From Alphaproteobacteria bacterium (GTDB lineage Bacteria > Pseudomonadota > Alphaproteobacteria > SP197): a stretch of DNA of 64,000 bases. The notes under the pieces are model-generated. The model was given only the letters and a program-made list of their open reading frames with translations. It ran no database searches and had not been told where the DNA came from. The stretch is from assembly GCA_965228895.1 (NCBI GenBank), contig OZ245842.1, forward strand, positions 1,440,001 through 1,504,000, in the 5' to 3' direction. Made by a program: the position numbers and the translations under genes. Below are positions 28,095 through 37,197 of the stretch, piece after piece (within the stretch, counting starts at the first letter, position 1; every line of letters starts with the position of its first letter).

Positions 28095-28922
28095 TCATCT
28101 GCCTTTGAAGTCCGGTTTGCGCTTTTCGGCAAAGGCCCGTGCGCCTTCCATGAAGTCGTCGGAAAACAGCATCCGCTCGTATGTCGGCAGCCCGCTGTCT
28201 CCGGTGCCGCCACCTTTGATCGCACGATGGGTGACCTCGAACGATTCGGGCAGTGACAGGTGCATCATAGCGCCAAGCGCTTCCTTCAGCGCCTGCAAGG
28301 CGAGCGGCGCACCATCGGCGATTTCGCCTGCGAGAGCGCGCGCCCGATCCAGCAACTGTTGCTGTGGCACAATCTCGTGAACCAGTCCCCAGTGTTTGGC
28401 TTCCGCGGCGCCCATGCGCCGGCCGGTCAGGAACAACTCCATGGCGACGTTATAGGGCAGGCGCCGGGGCAGGCGCTGGATGGCGCCGGCGTCGGGCAGG
28501 AAACCGCGTTGCATTTCAGGCAAGAAGAACTCGGCGTTGTCGGCGGCGACCAGCACGTCGCAGGCCAGCGCCACCTCGAAACCGCCGCCCACGGCAATGC
28601 CGTTGACGGCGCCGATGATCGGTTTCTTGAGGTCCCAGAACTCAACGATGCCGGCGAACCCACCGGGCAGACCGTCCGCCGACTCCAACGCTTCGGCATT
28701 GTTCTCGATTGCCGCAATCTCTTTGAGATCCCAGCCGGCGCTAAACACCTTGTCGCCGGTCGCTGTAACAAGCCCGACGCGCAAATCGTCGTCATCTTTC
28801 AACCGGGACAGTGACTGGTACATCTCACCGCTAAACCGCCGGTTGATAGCGTTGACCGGAGGCCGGTCCATGGTGATTTCGAGGACCCTTCCTCGTTTGG
28901 CGGCATGGACATACTCATTCAT
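28095..28922 (-). CDS. caiD: Crotonase-family enoyl-CoA hydratase, carnitinyl-CoA dehydratase-like
   Basis: FSAGWDLK, GGFAG, GGGFE, LPE...PDAG, LTGRRM.A.EA..WGLV, EG.RAFAEKR. Confidence 0.75.
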   Translation of the reverse strand: MNEYVHAAKRGRVLEITMDRPPVNAINRRFSGEMYQSLSRLKDDDDLRVGLVTATGDKVFSAGWDLKEIAAIENNAEALESADGLPGGFAGIVEFWDLKKPIIGAVNGIAVGGGFEVALACDVLVAADNAEFFLPEMQRGFLPDAGAIQRLPRRLPYNVAMELFLTGRRMGAAEAKHWGLVHEIVPQQQLLDRARALAGEIADGAPLALQALKEALGAMMHLSLPESFEVTHRAIKGGGTGDSGLPTYERMLFSDDFMEGARAFAEKRKPDFKGR

Positions 28923-29029
28923 GACTTCGATCCTTTGCTCAACGTCACGTCAGGTCGGACGGGATCACGCACGCGTGACGCGTTCATGGTTTCGCTATAG
29001 TCTCTTAGACACTCTAGAGTGTGAACACC

Positions 29030-29065
29030 GCGACTTGCACTCAACGGTTTGCTGTCGCATAGAAT
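29030..29065 (+). promoter_or_regulatory. Conserved promoter/operator of SBP copy 1
   Basis: GCGACTTGCAC...TTGCTGTCGCATAGAAT; 33/36 identical to 30340-30375. Confidence 0.65.
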
Positions 29066-29120
29066 CGCTCAAAGACACCTGAAAATGGGTGTTTGCAATC
29101 CGCACATTGGGAGGCACAAC

Positions 29121-30092
29121 ATGGATCTCGTACGTAAGCTGTCGTCCGCCGTCGCTGCGGGCGCCCTGGTTTTGGGGATGGCACTCGGAGCCAACGCTCA
29201 GAGCGCACCGGAGACGGACGAGCCAGTCAAGCTGGCCATGAACGAGTGGACCGGTCAGCATGTCAGCACGGCTGTTGCCGGCGAAATGCTGAAGCGCATG
29301 GGCTATAACGTTGAATACGTCACCGCCGGTTATTATCCACAGATCAATGCCGTCGCCGACGGCGACATCCATGCCACGCTGGAGATATGGAGCTCGAATA
29401 TCGGCGAAGGCTGGGATGAGCACTTCGACTCCGGGACGGTCGAGGTTGTCTCTCTGTCCGGTCTTGAGCCTCAGGAAGCCTGGTATGTGCCGGCCTATGT
29501 GGTCGACATGTGTCCGGGTCTGCCGAGCTGGGAAGCTCTGAATGACTGTGCCGAGTTATTCGCGACGCCCGAGACGCTGCCTTCGGGCCGCTTCCTGGAT
29601 TATCCGGCGGAGTGGGGCGACAAGAACTCTCCGCGCATTGAAGCACTCGGTCTCGACTATGTAGCAATTCCGTCAGGTGGCGAGGGCGCCATCATCGCTG
29701 AGATCAAGTCCGCCGTTGAACGCCAAGCACCCCTGCTGACCATGTTTTGGGAGCCGCATTGGCTGCACGCTCAGATCGACATGCAGCGCGTCTATCTGCC
29801 GGAGTACTTCGAAGGCTGTGAGGACGATCCGGCGGGCGGCATGAACCCGGATGCGACGCACGATTGTGACTGGGCTGGCGCCGAGATATGGAAGGTGGCC
29901 AACCCGGGCCTCAAGGATTCTCATCCGGGTGCCTGGGCGATGATCGATGCCTACTCGATTACCAACGGCGAGCAGGCAGAGATGATGGCAGAGATCGATG
30001 ATAAGGGCCGAGACCTGATTGAGGTCGTCAACGAGTGGCTCGACAAAAACCCCGATAAGGTCAAGGAATGGATGGATCAGGCCACGATGTAA
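29121..30092 (+). CDS. Glycine-betaine/TmoX-related ABC substrate-binding protein, copy 1
   Basis: GGAGG RBS, signal peptide, NEWTGQ, LEIW, CPGLPSWEALNDC, WEPHW. Confidence 0.9.
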   Translation: MDLVRKLSSAVAAGALVLGMALGANAQSAPETDEPVKLAMNEWTGQHVSTAVAGEMLKRMGYNVEYVTAGYYPQINAVADGDIHATLEIWSSNIGEGWDEHFDSGTVEVVSLSGLEPQEAWYVPAYVVDMCPGLPSWEALNDCAELFATPETLPSGRFLDYPAEWGDKNSPRIEALGLDYVAIPSGGEGAIIAEIKSAVERQAPLLTMFWEPHWLHAQIDMQRVYLPEYFEGCEDDPAGGMNPDATHDCDWAGAEIWKVANPGLKDSHPGAWAMIDAYSITNGEQAEMMAEIDDKGRDLIEVVNEWLDKNPDKVKEWMDQATM

Positions 30093-30118
30093 AGGCCTGA
30101 ACATTGAGGCTGATCCAG

Positions 30119-30147
30119 GAGGCCGGGCGGCAACGTCCGGCCTCTTT
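30119..30147 (+). terminator. Rho-independent terminator
   Basis: GAGGCCGGGCG-GCAA-CGTCCGGCCTC-TTT. Confidence 0.75.
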
Positions 30148-30339
30148 CGTTGTCGGCAGCCTTTGGCGCTTCAATCCAGCGAATTCCCCATTAACAGCCG
30201 CTGAGTCTGGCGGTGGCGCCATGCTCGCCCATGTCGTGGTGCCCTTCTCTTATGTGCGGAATACTGGTGCAGCTTACAGCAGCGCAGTGCCCGAGCAGGC
30301 CTTGGCATAACCCCTCAGACAGTGGTGCTTTGAAACAAG

Positions 30340-30375
30340 GCGACTTGCACTCTATGGCTTGCTGTCGCATAGAAT
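30340..30375 (+). promoter_or_regulatory. Conserved promoter/operator of SBP copy 2
   Basis: Duplicate of 29030-29065 at +1310. Confidence 0.65.
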
Positions 30376-30430
30376 TGGCCAAGAGCATGCGAAATGGATG
30401 CTCACGATCCACATACTGGGAGGCAACAGC

Positions 30431-31402
30431 ATGGATCTCGTACAAAAACTCTCGTCGGCGGTCGCCGCGGGCGCTCTGGCTCTGGGCATGGCCGTGTCGG
30501 CGCAGGCGCAAAGCGTTCCGGAGTCCGACGAGCCGATCAAACTTGCCATGAACGAATGGACCGGTCAGCACGTCAGCACGACGGTCGCCGGCGAGGTCCT
30601 GAAGCGCATGGGCTACAACGTCGAATACGTGACCGCCGGCTACTACCCGCAGCTCACCGCGCTGGCCGATGGCGATCTTGATGCGACCCTGGAAATCTGG
30701 AGCTCGAACATCGGCGAAGGTTTCGATGCGGCGATGGAGACGGGCAACATCCAGGTGCTCGGCGAGTCCGGCTTGCGGCCCCAGGAAGCCTGGTATGTGC
30801 CGTCTTATGTCATCGACATGTGTCCGGGCCTGCCGAACTGGGAAGCGCTGAACGATTGCGTGGATTTGTTCTCCACTGCGGATACGGCGCCGTCGGGCCG
30901 CTTCCTGGACTATCCGGCCGACTGGGGTGACACCAATGCCCAGCGTATTGAAGCCCTTGAACTCGACTATGTCTCGATCCCGTCGGGTGGCGAAGGTGCG
31001 ATCATTGCCGAGATCAAGTCCGCCGTTGATCGAGAGGCACCGCTGCTGACCATGTTCTGGGAGCCCCACTGGCTGCACGCCCAGATCGATATGGAGCGTG
31101 TCTATCTGCCGGAGTACTACGACGGCTGCCATGACGATGCATCGCTCGGCCTGAACCCGAACGCGACGTATGACTGCGATTGGGGCGGCGCCGAAATCTG
31201 GAAGGTCGTGAACAAGGGCCTTGCAGAATCGCACCCGGGAGCCTGGAACCTGATCGAGGTCTATTCGATCGACAACGGCGAGCAGGCCGAGATGATGGCG
31301 GAAATCGACGACAAGGGTCGTGACCTCATTGAGGTCGTGAACGAGTGGCTCGACAACAACCCCGACAAGGTCAAGGCTTGGACAGATCAAGCTAGCATGT
31401 AA
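30431..31402 (+). CDS. Glycine-betaine/TmoX-related ABC substrate-binding protein, copy 2
   Basis: Same length as copy 1, colinear paralog. Confidence 0.9.
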   Translation: MDLVQKLSSAVAAGALALGMAVSAQAQSVPESDEPIKLAMNEWTGQHVSTTVAGEVLKRMGYNVEYVTAGYYPQLTALADGDLDATLEIWSSNIGEGFDAAMETGNIQVLGESGLRPQEAWYVPSYVIDMCPGLPNWEALNDCVDLFSTADTAPSGRFLDYPADWGDTNAQRIEALELDYVSIPSGGEGAIIAEIKSAVDREAPLLTMFWEPHWLHAQIDMERVYLPEYYDGCHDDASLGLNPNATYDCDWGGAEIWKVVNKGLAESHPGAWNLIEVYSIDNGEQAEMMAEIDDKGRDLIEVVNEWLDNNPDKVKAWTDQASM

Positions 31403-31426
31403 TCGCCTGTATGATCAGGATGATGA

Positions 31427-31463
31427 GAGAGGCCGGGCGGCAACGTCCGGCCTCTTCATTTTT
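31427..31463 (+). terminator. Rho-independent terminator
   Basis: Same hairpin as 30119-30144, followed by TTCATTTTT; convergent with acoC. Confidence 0.75.
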
Positions 31464-31474
31464 CGCGCATGCCT

Positions 31475-32584
31475 CTAGCCGACGACGTCGCCGACCAATT
31501 GATTAACCTCGGAGGTCTTTTCCATCATCGGCATATGGCCGGCACCGTCGAGCACCGTCACCGTGGCGCCCGCCAGATTGTTGGCATGGGATACCGGAAT
31601 GATCCGGTCGTCGGCACCCCAGATCACGTGTTTCGGCAGGTCCAGACCGCCTGCCTGTCCGCTGAGGTCGACGGTCTGGCGATTACCGTCGAACTGTGCT
31701 GCTGCGATCGTTGAGAGGGCGGCATTGACGCCGTCGATACGTTTGGCGCGCAGCACGTCTTCCACAATCTGTCGGGTGACCAAGGATTGGTCAGCGAACA
31801 ACTGCGCGACCATGGGTTTCATGTCCTTGCGCCGCTCGGCAGCGATATAGCCGGCGATGTAGCCGCCATTGATCTCAGGCCCCAGGCCGGCCGGCGCGAT
31901 CAAGGTCAGGGAGGCCATTCTCTCGGCCTGATCCAGCGCGGCCTGCATGGCGACGGCGCCACCCATGGAGTGACCGACCAGGTGAACGCGCTCAAGACCG
32001 AGGGCATCGATCGTACCGAGCGTCATCGCGGCCAGATGATCGACGCTGCCGTCGCCGACATCCTTGCCCGACCCACCATGGCCGGGCAGGTCGAACGCGT
32101 AGACCGCGCGGCCCTCCGCCAGGACCGGCTGGTTGAACATCCACAGATTGAGGTCGCCGCCAAAGCCGTGGACCAGGACGACAGGCACGCCACCGTCGCC
32201 ATGGACGAGGTACTGGATTGTCTGGCCGTCGACCTCGACGGTCTGGGGCTGCGGCCCGCCATCAGCCTCGTCATCGTCCGGCGCGACAACGACAAAGCCG
32301 TCGACGAACGCATCGATTTCCTCGTCGCCCACATCGGACGGCGCGATGATGCCGAGCAGCCCGCCGACCGGCAGCGTCTGGCCGACCGCCGCCACATGGC
32401 GGCGCAGGACACCGGCGTCCTTGGCTTCGATGGCGTTGGCGATCTTGGTCGATTCGACGTCCAAGACCTCGTCGCCGGCGTTCACCTGACCGCCTTCATC
32501 GATATGCCAGGCCGTGACCGTGCCTTCGTCCATCGCCATGCCCCACTTGGGCACGGTGATGGCGATGATACCGCTCTCGCTCAT
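31475..32584 (-). CDS. acoC: Acetoin dehydrogenase E2 (lipoyl + alpha/beta-hydrolase domain)
   Basis: PKWGMAMDEG, VESTKIAN lipoyl-Lys, HGFGGD, GHSMGG, GHMPMME. Confidence 0.9.
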   Translation of the reverse strand: MSESGIIAITVPKWGMAMDEGTVTAWHIDEGGQVNAGDEVLDVESTKIANAIEAKDAGVLRRHVAAVGQTLPVGGLLGIIAPSDVGDEEIDAFVDGFVVVAPDDDEADGGPQPQTVEVDGQTIQYLVHGDGGVPVVLVHGFGGDLNLWMFNQPVLAEGRAVYAFDLPGHGGSGKDVGDGSVDHLAAMTLGTIDALGLERVHLVGHSMGGAVAMQAALDQAERMASLTLIAPAGLGPEINGGYIAGYIAAERRKDMKPMVAQLFADQSLVTRQIVEDVLRAKRIDGVNAALSTIAAAQFDGNRQTVDLSGQAGGLDLPKHVIWGADDRIIPVSHANNLAGATVTVLDGAGHMPMMEKTSEVNQLVGDVVG

Positions 32585-33600
32585 CCGCCGTAGCCCACGG
32601 TCTTGCGCACGGCGTCGGCGATATCATCCGGCGTCGGGATGAACGCCTGCTCAAGCTCCGGTGCGAACGGCACGGGCACATGCGGCGGTGACACCATCTC
32701 GATCGGCGCCTTCAGGTCGGCGAACCCCTGTTGGGCGACCAATGCGGAGATGTCGGTCGCCATGTTGCAGCGCGGATAGGCTTCGTCGACCACGACCAGG
32801 CGTCCGGTGTTTTCGACGCTTTCCAGGATCGTGTCCTCGTCCAAGGGCGAGATCGTGCGCGGATCAACGATCTCGCACTCGATGCCTTCCTTGGCGAGTG
32901 TCTCGGCAGCCTGCTTGGCCATGTGCACCATGCGCGCGATCGCGACGATCGTGCAGTCGCCGCCGTCGCGCACGATGTTCGCCTCGCCGAACGGGATGGT
33001 ATAGGGCTCTTCCGGCACCTCGTCCTTGACCTCGTCATACATCACCTTGTGTTCAAAGAAGATGACGGGGTCGTTGTCGCGCACCGCCTGGATCATCAGA
33101 CCTTTGGCGTCGTAGGCCGACGACGGGATGACGCATTTGATGCCGGGGATGTGGGCGAAGATCGGATAGAGGCACTGGCTGTGCTGGGCGGCGGCGTTGT
33201 AGCCGGCGCCGATCTGGGTACGGATGACGACGGGCGTCTCCGCCTTGCCGCCGAACATGTACCGGAACTTCGCCGCCTGGTTCATGATCTGGTCAAAACA
33301 CACGCCCATGAAGTCGACGAACATCAGCTCGGCAATGGGCCTGAGACCGCTGGTCGCCGCGCCGACCGCCGAGCCGATGATGGCGGATTCGCTGATCGGC
33401 GTATCCAGCACCCGGTCTTCGCCGAAGCGCGGCTGGAGGCCCTTGGTGATGCCCATGTCGCCGCCCCAGGCGTCCTGCTCGCCGGGTGCGCCTTTGCCGC
33501 CGGCGATATCCTCGCCCAGCATGATGACGCGTTCGTCTTCTTCCATAACCTGGCGGAAGGCTTCCGAAAGGGCCTGCCGCATGCTCAGGGTTCGTGCCAT
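32581..33600 (-). CDS. acoB: Acetoin dehydrogenase E1 beta subunit
   Basis: DAWGG, DTPISE, ELMFVDF, AAKFRYMFGGKA, AAQHSQ. Confidence 0.92.
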   Translation of the reverse strand: MARTLSMRQALSEAFRQVMEEDERVIMLGEDIAGGKGAPGEQDAWGGDMGITKGLQPRFGEDRVLDTPISESAIIGSAVGAATSGLRPIAELMFVDFMGVCFDQIMNQAAKFRYMFGGKAETPVVIRTQIGAGYNAAAQHSQCLYPIFAHIPGIKCVIPSSAYDAKGLMIQAVRDNDPVIFFEHKVMYDEVKDEVPEEPYTIPFGEANIVRDGGDCTIVAIARMVHMAKQAAETLAKEGIECEIVDPRTISPLDEDTILESVENTGRLVVVDEAYPRCNMATDISALVAQQGFADLKAPIEMVSPPHVPVPFAPELEQAFIPTPDDIADAVRKTVGYGG

Positions 33601-33612
33601 GGCCGGCCTCCT

Positions 33613-34599
33613 TCAGTAGCTGATGTAGACGTCGGTGGTCAGATCGGCGGCGGTGGGTCGCGGTGCGCTGCGGGCATCCGCGACGGCCTGATCGATGAGA
33701 GACGCCACCTCGCTGTCGACGGCATCCATGTCGCCCGTGTCCAACAGGCTCGCCTCGGTGACACGCTGGCGGAACAGTTTGAGGCAATCGTGGTTCTCGC
33801 GCAGGTTGGCGGCCTCGTCCTTGCCGCGATAGGACTGGTTGTCGCCTTCGTGGTGACCGTAGAAACGGCCGAACTTGACCTCGATCAGGGTCGGCCCGCC
33901 GCCGCTCCTGGCGCGCTCGATCGCCTCGGCAGCGCCATCGTGCACGGCGAAGAAGTCGAACCCGTCGACCTGGATGCCCGGCATGCCGAAGGCCTCGGCC
34001 CGATTGACGATGTCGCCGCAGGCCACCGACCATGACGACGACGTGGTCTCAGCATAGCCGTTGTTCTCGAAGACAAAGATCACCGGCAAATCGAACACGG
34101 CGGCGAAGTTCATGCTCTCAAACGTCGTGCCCTGGTTCGAACCGCCATCGCCGGTGAAGGTCACCGCGACCTTGCCGTTCTTCAACGTCTTGGCGGCGAG
34201 GCCGGCGCCGCAGGCAAGCGGCGGGCCGCCGCCGACAATGGCGTTGGCGCCCATCATGCCCTTCGACAGATCCGCAATGTGCATGGAGCCGCCCTTGCCG
34301 GCGCAAAGACCATCGGACGAACCCCACAGCTCCTTCATCATGCCGGTGACATCGCAGCCCTTGGCGATGCAATGGCCGTGACCGCGATGGGTCGAGCAAA
34401 TCTTGTCTTCGTCATCCAGATTGAGGCAGACGCCGACCGCCGAGGCCTCCTCGCCGGCATAAAGATGGACAAAGCCGGGCAGGTGGCCCGCCTCGAACTC
34501 CTCGTGCACACGCTCCTCGAAGTCGCGGATCGTGCGCATGGTGCGGTAGGCCTCCAGGAGTTTGTCGCGACTTAGTTGAAGGGCGGTGCCTGCGGTCAT
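33613..34599 (-). CDS. acoA: Acetoin dehydrogenase E1 alpha subunit (TPP)
   Basis: PGFVHLYAGEEA, STHRGHGHCIAKG, GDGGSNQG...ENN, GHHEGD. Confidence 0.92.
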   Translation of the reverse strand: MTAGTALQLSRDKLLEAYRTMRTIRDFEERVHEEFEAGHLPGFVHLYAGEEASAVGVCLNLDDEDKICSTHRGHGHCIAKGCDVTGMMKELWGSSDGLCAGKGGSMHIADLSKGMMGANAIVGGGPPLACGAGLAAKTLKNGKVAVTFTGDGGSNQGTTFESMNFAAVFDLPVIFVFENNGYAETTSSSWSVACGDIVNRAEAFGMPGIQVDGFDFFAVHDGAAEAIERARSGGGPTLIEVKFGRFYGHHEGDNQSYRGKDEAANLRENHDCLKLFRQRVTEASLLDTGDMDAVDSEVASLIDQAVADARSAPRPTAADLTTDVYISY

Positions 34600-34960
34600 G
34601 ATGTGTTCTCCGAGCTGGTGGTCGTCGTTCCAGCCTTTTCGTCAGGAAGCCGACGATCCGATCGATTTGTGCCGGTCCGGCTGTGTGACCCATAGAATGT
34701 CATCGTCAATGATTGGAACGCAATCGACAGCCGGCACGAGAATAAATGGTCAGTTAGTACGATGCGAGTCGGCGCCATCATACATTGCGGTGCAAACGCC
34801 TTGACCCGGCTCCGGCGATCGCTAAGGATTTGTCGGCTTTCCGATCGGTGAAAATCGGCTGGGTGGGCTGTCTGACGGTTCGACACGGCAGCGGGTTAGC
34901 GGGATCGACTGTTCGGGATGATCCTTTCCGACATGATCTTCCTGACGAGAGGTGAACGTT

Positions 34961-36109
34961 ATGGTGATTCACAACCTGCATCCTGCGGGGTTCGAGCGGG
35001 TCAACGACGACGCGTCCGAATCCAAGGTCTTGGCGCCCACCTACTACATCGACCCCCGCGCCTTCGAGATCGAGAAGCGCGATGTCTTCCAAAAATCGTG
35101 GCTCTACGCCTGCCACGAAAATCAAGTGGCCGAGCCCGGTGATCAACTGCCGCTTGATGTCGGCGGTCAGCCACTTGTCGTCGTGCACGGCCGCGATGGG
35201 AACATCCGCGCGTTCTTCAATGTCTGCGCCCACCGCGGCATGACCGTGGTCAACCGGCAGACCTGTGCGAACACACTCAAATGCCCCTATCACGGTTGGG
35301 TCTATGACCTCTCCGGGCGGCTGGTGGCCGCGCGCAACACCAGCCATCTGGGAGATTTCGAAAACCAGGGATTTGCGTTGAAGGAGGTCAAGGTCGCGTT
35401 GCACCAAGGCTTGGTCTTCGTGAACTACGACCCCGGCGCCCCAGCGCTGGGCGAGACGATTGGTCCGGTCTTTGATGACATTTCGCGCCTCGGGCTTGAT
35501 CCCGCGCGCTTCCATCTGGGCAAGGTGGTCGACTATCCGGTTGAGACCAACTGGAAGATCGCCATCGACAACTACGTCGAGTGTTATCACTGCCCCGTCG
35601 CCCATCCTGGCATCGAGAAGTTCTTCGAATACGAAAAGACCTTCGCCGACGTGCAGGATTGGGGCGTGGTGGCCGGCGGTCCGCCCGATGTCGAGACGCT
35701 GGCGGTTTACAAGCGCGAATGCGAGGCAAACGGCTGGCCGCTCGTCGCGGAGACCCGCTACAGCTGGGCCTGGCCCAACATCATGTATCTGATCGGCTGG
35801 GCGCCACGGCCTCATCTGATGGTCTGGACGATCGAACCGGTTGCTTATGACCGCATCATCTTCCGTCACAATTATTTCTTCTATGATGCCGAGCCTGACG
35901 CCGATCAGCTCGCCTTTGTCCATGCCATCGACAAGGTGCAGCAGGAAGACAACCCGATCCTGGAAGGCGTCTGGCAGGGCATGAATTCACTTGGTTTCGC
36001 CGGCCAGGGTACCTACGTGATCAACGATGCCGATACCTACCAGACCGAGCGGGGCGTCTGGCAGTTTCACCACAGGCTGCAGCAGATTTACGACCGCGCG
36101 GGCATGTAG
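34961..36109 (+). CDS. Rieske oxygenase alpha subunit (choline/carnitine/betaine monooxygenase-like)
   Basis: NVCAHRG...CPYHGW Rieske motif; NWK..IDNYVECYHCPVAHP; QED. Confidence 0.88.
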   Translation: MVIHNLHPAGFERVNDDASESKVLAPTYYIDPRAFEIEKRDVFQKSWLYACHENQVAEPGDQLPLDVGGQPLVVVHGRDGNIRAFFNVCAHRGMTVVNRQTCANTLKCPYHGWVYDLSGRLVAARNTSHLGDFENQGFALKEVKVALHQGLVFVNYDPGAPALGETIGPVFDDISRLGLDPARFHLGKVVDYPVETNWKIAIDNYVECYHCPVAHPGIEKFFEYEKTFADVQDWGVVAGGPPDVETLAVYKRECEANGWPLVAETRYSWAWPNIMYLIGWAPRPHLMVWTIEPVAYDRIIFRHNYFFYDAEPDADQLAFVHAIDKVQQEDNPILEGVWQGMNSLGFAGQGTYVINDADTYQTERGVWQFHHRLQQIYDRAGM

Positions 36110-36231
36110 ATTTCGGTCGAGGACTGGTCAAATCGGCCAAAAACGGCGAACATGGCGCCAGCACCCGGCTGAGCCCGCTGGGATGTGACGCCGCCGCGTC
36201 ACCGGGCCAATTCATGATGGAGAGAATGACG

Positions 36232-37017
36232 ATGAGTGATCTGAAGGTCCTGAAGTTCGAGAATGGCGGGCCGGCCGATACCGGCATGACCGAATGGGAA
36301 GAAATCCCGCAGTCGTCGCTGACCGCCGGCACGCCGGTCCAGACCGGCCACAACTATTTTACCGACGACACGGGCACGCTGACCGCGGGCGTCTGGCACT
36401 GCACGCCGATGACGGCGAAGCCGGGTCCCTATGACGTCAACGAGTTTATGCTGGTGCTCGATGGTTCCGTCACCATCATCCACGAGAACGGCGATGAGCA
36501 CACGATCCGGGCGGGCGAGAGCTTTGTCATCCCGAAGGGCATGCCGTGCACGTGGAAACAGACCGAAGACATCCTGAAGTTCTATGTGATCCACGACGAT
36601 CCGTCGGGCGAGGTGCTTGGTGACGACGCTTTGAACGTGCGCTTGCCTAACCCGGCGGACGATCTGGCGCCGGTCGGCGAGCAGGACACGTCGCGCTATA
36701 TCGGCGATGTGCCCGAGCAGACCGTCAAGGTCTATTTCCAGGACGCTACCGAGCAGATGACGGTTGGTATCTGGACGACAACGGAAATGCACACCAAACC
36801 GGCGCCGTTCCCCAGGAACGAGCTGATGCACATCCTGGAAGGCGAGGTCACGCTGACCGACGACCACGGCAAGAAGACGACCTACAAGGCCGGCGACACG
36901 TTCCTGGTGCCCAAGGGCATCACCTATCAGTGGGACAGCACGGGCTTCGTGAAGAAGATCTTCTGTATCTTCCAGCCGAAAGAGTCCGTCGCGGCAGCCG
37001 CTGACGCCGCCGAGTAG
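36232..37017 (+). CDS. Tandem cupin (DUF861/EutQ-like) protein
   Basis: Two repeats of G(V/I)W..T....P...NE.M..L.G.VT...AG..F..PKG...W; start could be 36214-36232. Confidence 0.82.
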   Translation: MSDLKVLKFENGGPADTGMTEWEEIPQSSLTAGTPVQTGHNYFTDDTGTLTAGVWHCTPMTAKPGPYDVNEFMLVLDGSVTIIHENGDEHTIRAGESFVIPKGMPCTWKQTEDILKFYVIHDDPSGEVLGDDALNVRLPNPADDLAPVGEQDTSRYIGDVPEQTVKVYFQDATEQMTVGIWTTTEMHTKPAPFPRNELMHILEGEVTLTDDHGKKTTYKAGDTFLVPKGITYQWDSTGFVKKIFCIFQPKESVAAAADAAE

Positions 37018-37023
37018 CAGCCA

Positions 37024-37184
37024 CCCTCACCCTCCCAGCGCTTCGCGCCGGGCCCCTCCCTCTCCCGGAGACCGGGAGAGGGGACCTGTCGCCAGCTTTC
37101 TTGCCCTTGCCCCCAACGAGAGTGGGGGAGAGGGTTGTGAAGGCTTGGGCGCGTCAGCGTCCTAGCCGGAGCTGGGTGAGGGGG
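37024..37184. repeat. Inverted pair of REP-like palindromic elements (CCCTCACCC...CCCTCTCCC...GGGAGAGG type)
   Basis: Copy 1 at 37024-37083; degenerate inverted copy at 37104-37184; between convergent genes. Confidence 0.7.
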
Positions 37185-37197
37185 CTTTGTTGCGGCG

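Noticed and set aside
34755-34780. Sigma54 promoter for acoA (TGGCGC...CGCA on the minus strand)
   Set aside because: GG-GC spacing is off by one base and no activator gene is nearby.
34412-34886. Small ORFs upstream of acoA as acoX or regulator remnants
   Set aside because: No recognisable homology or RBS.
37024-37184. tRNA, tRNA-Sec or riboswitch in the structured intergenic region
   Set aside because: No cloverleaf or T-loop consensus; it lies between two gene 3' ends and fits a REP-like repeat.
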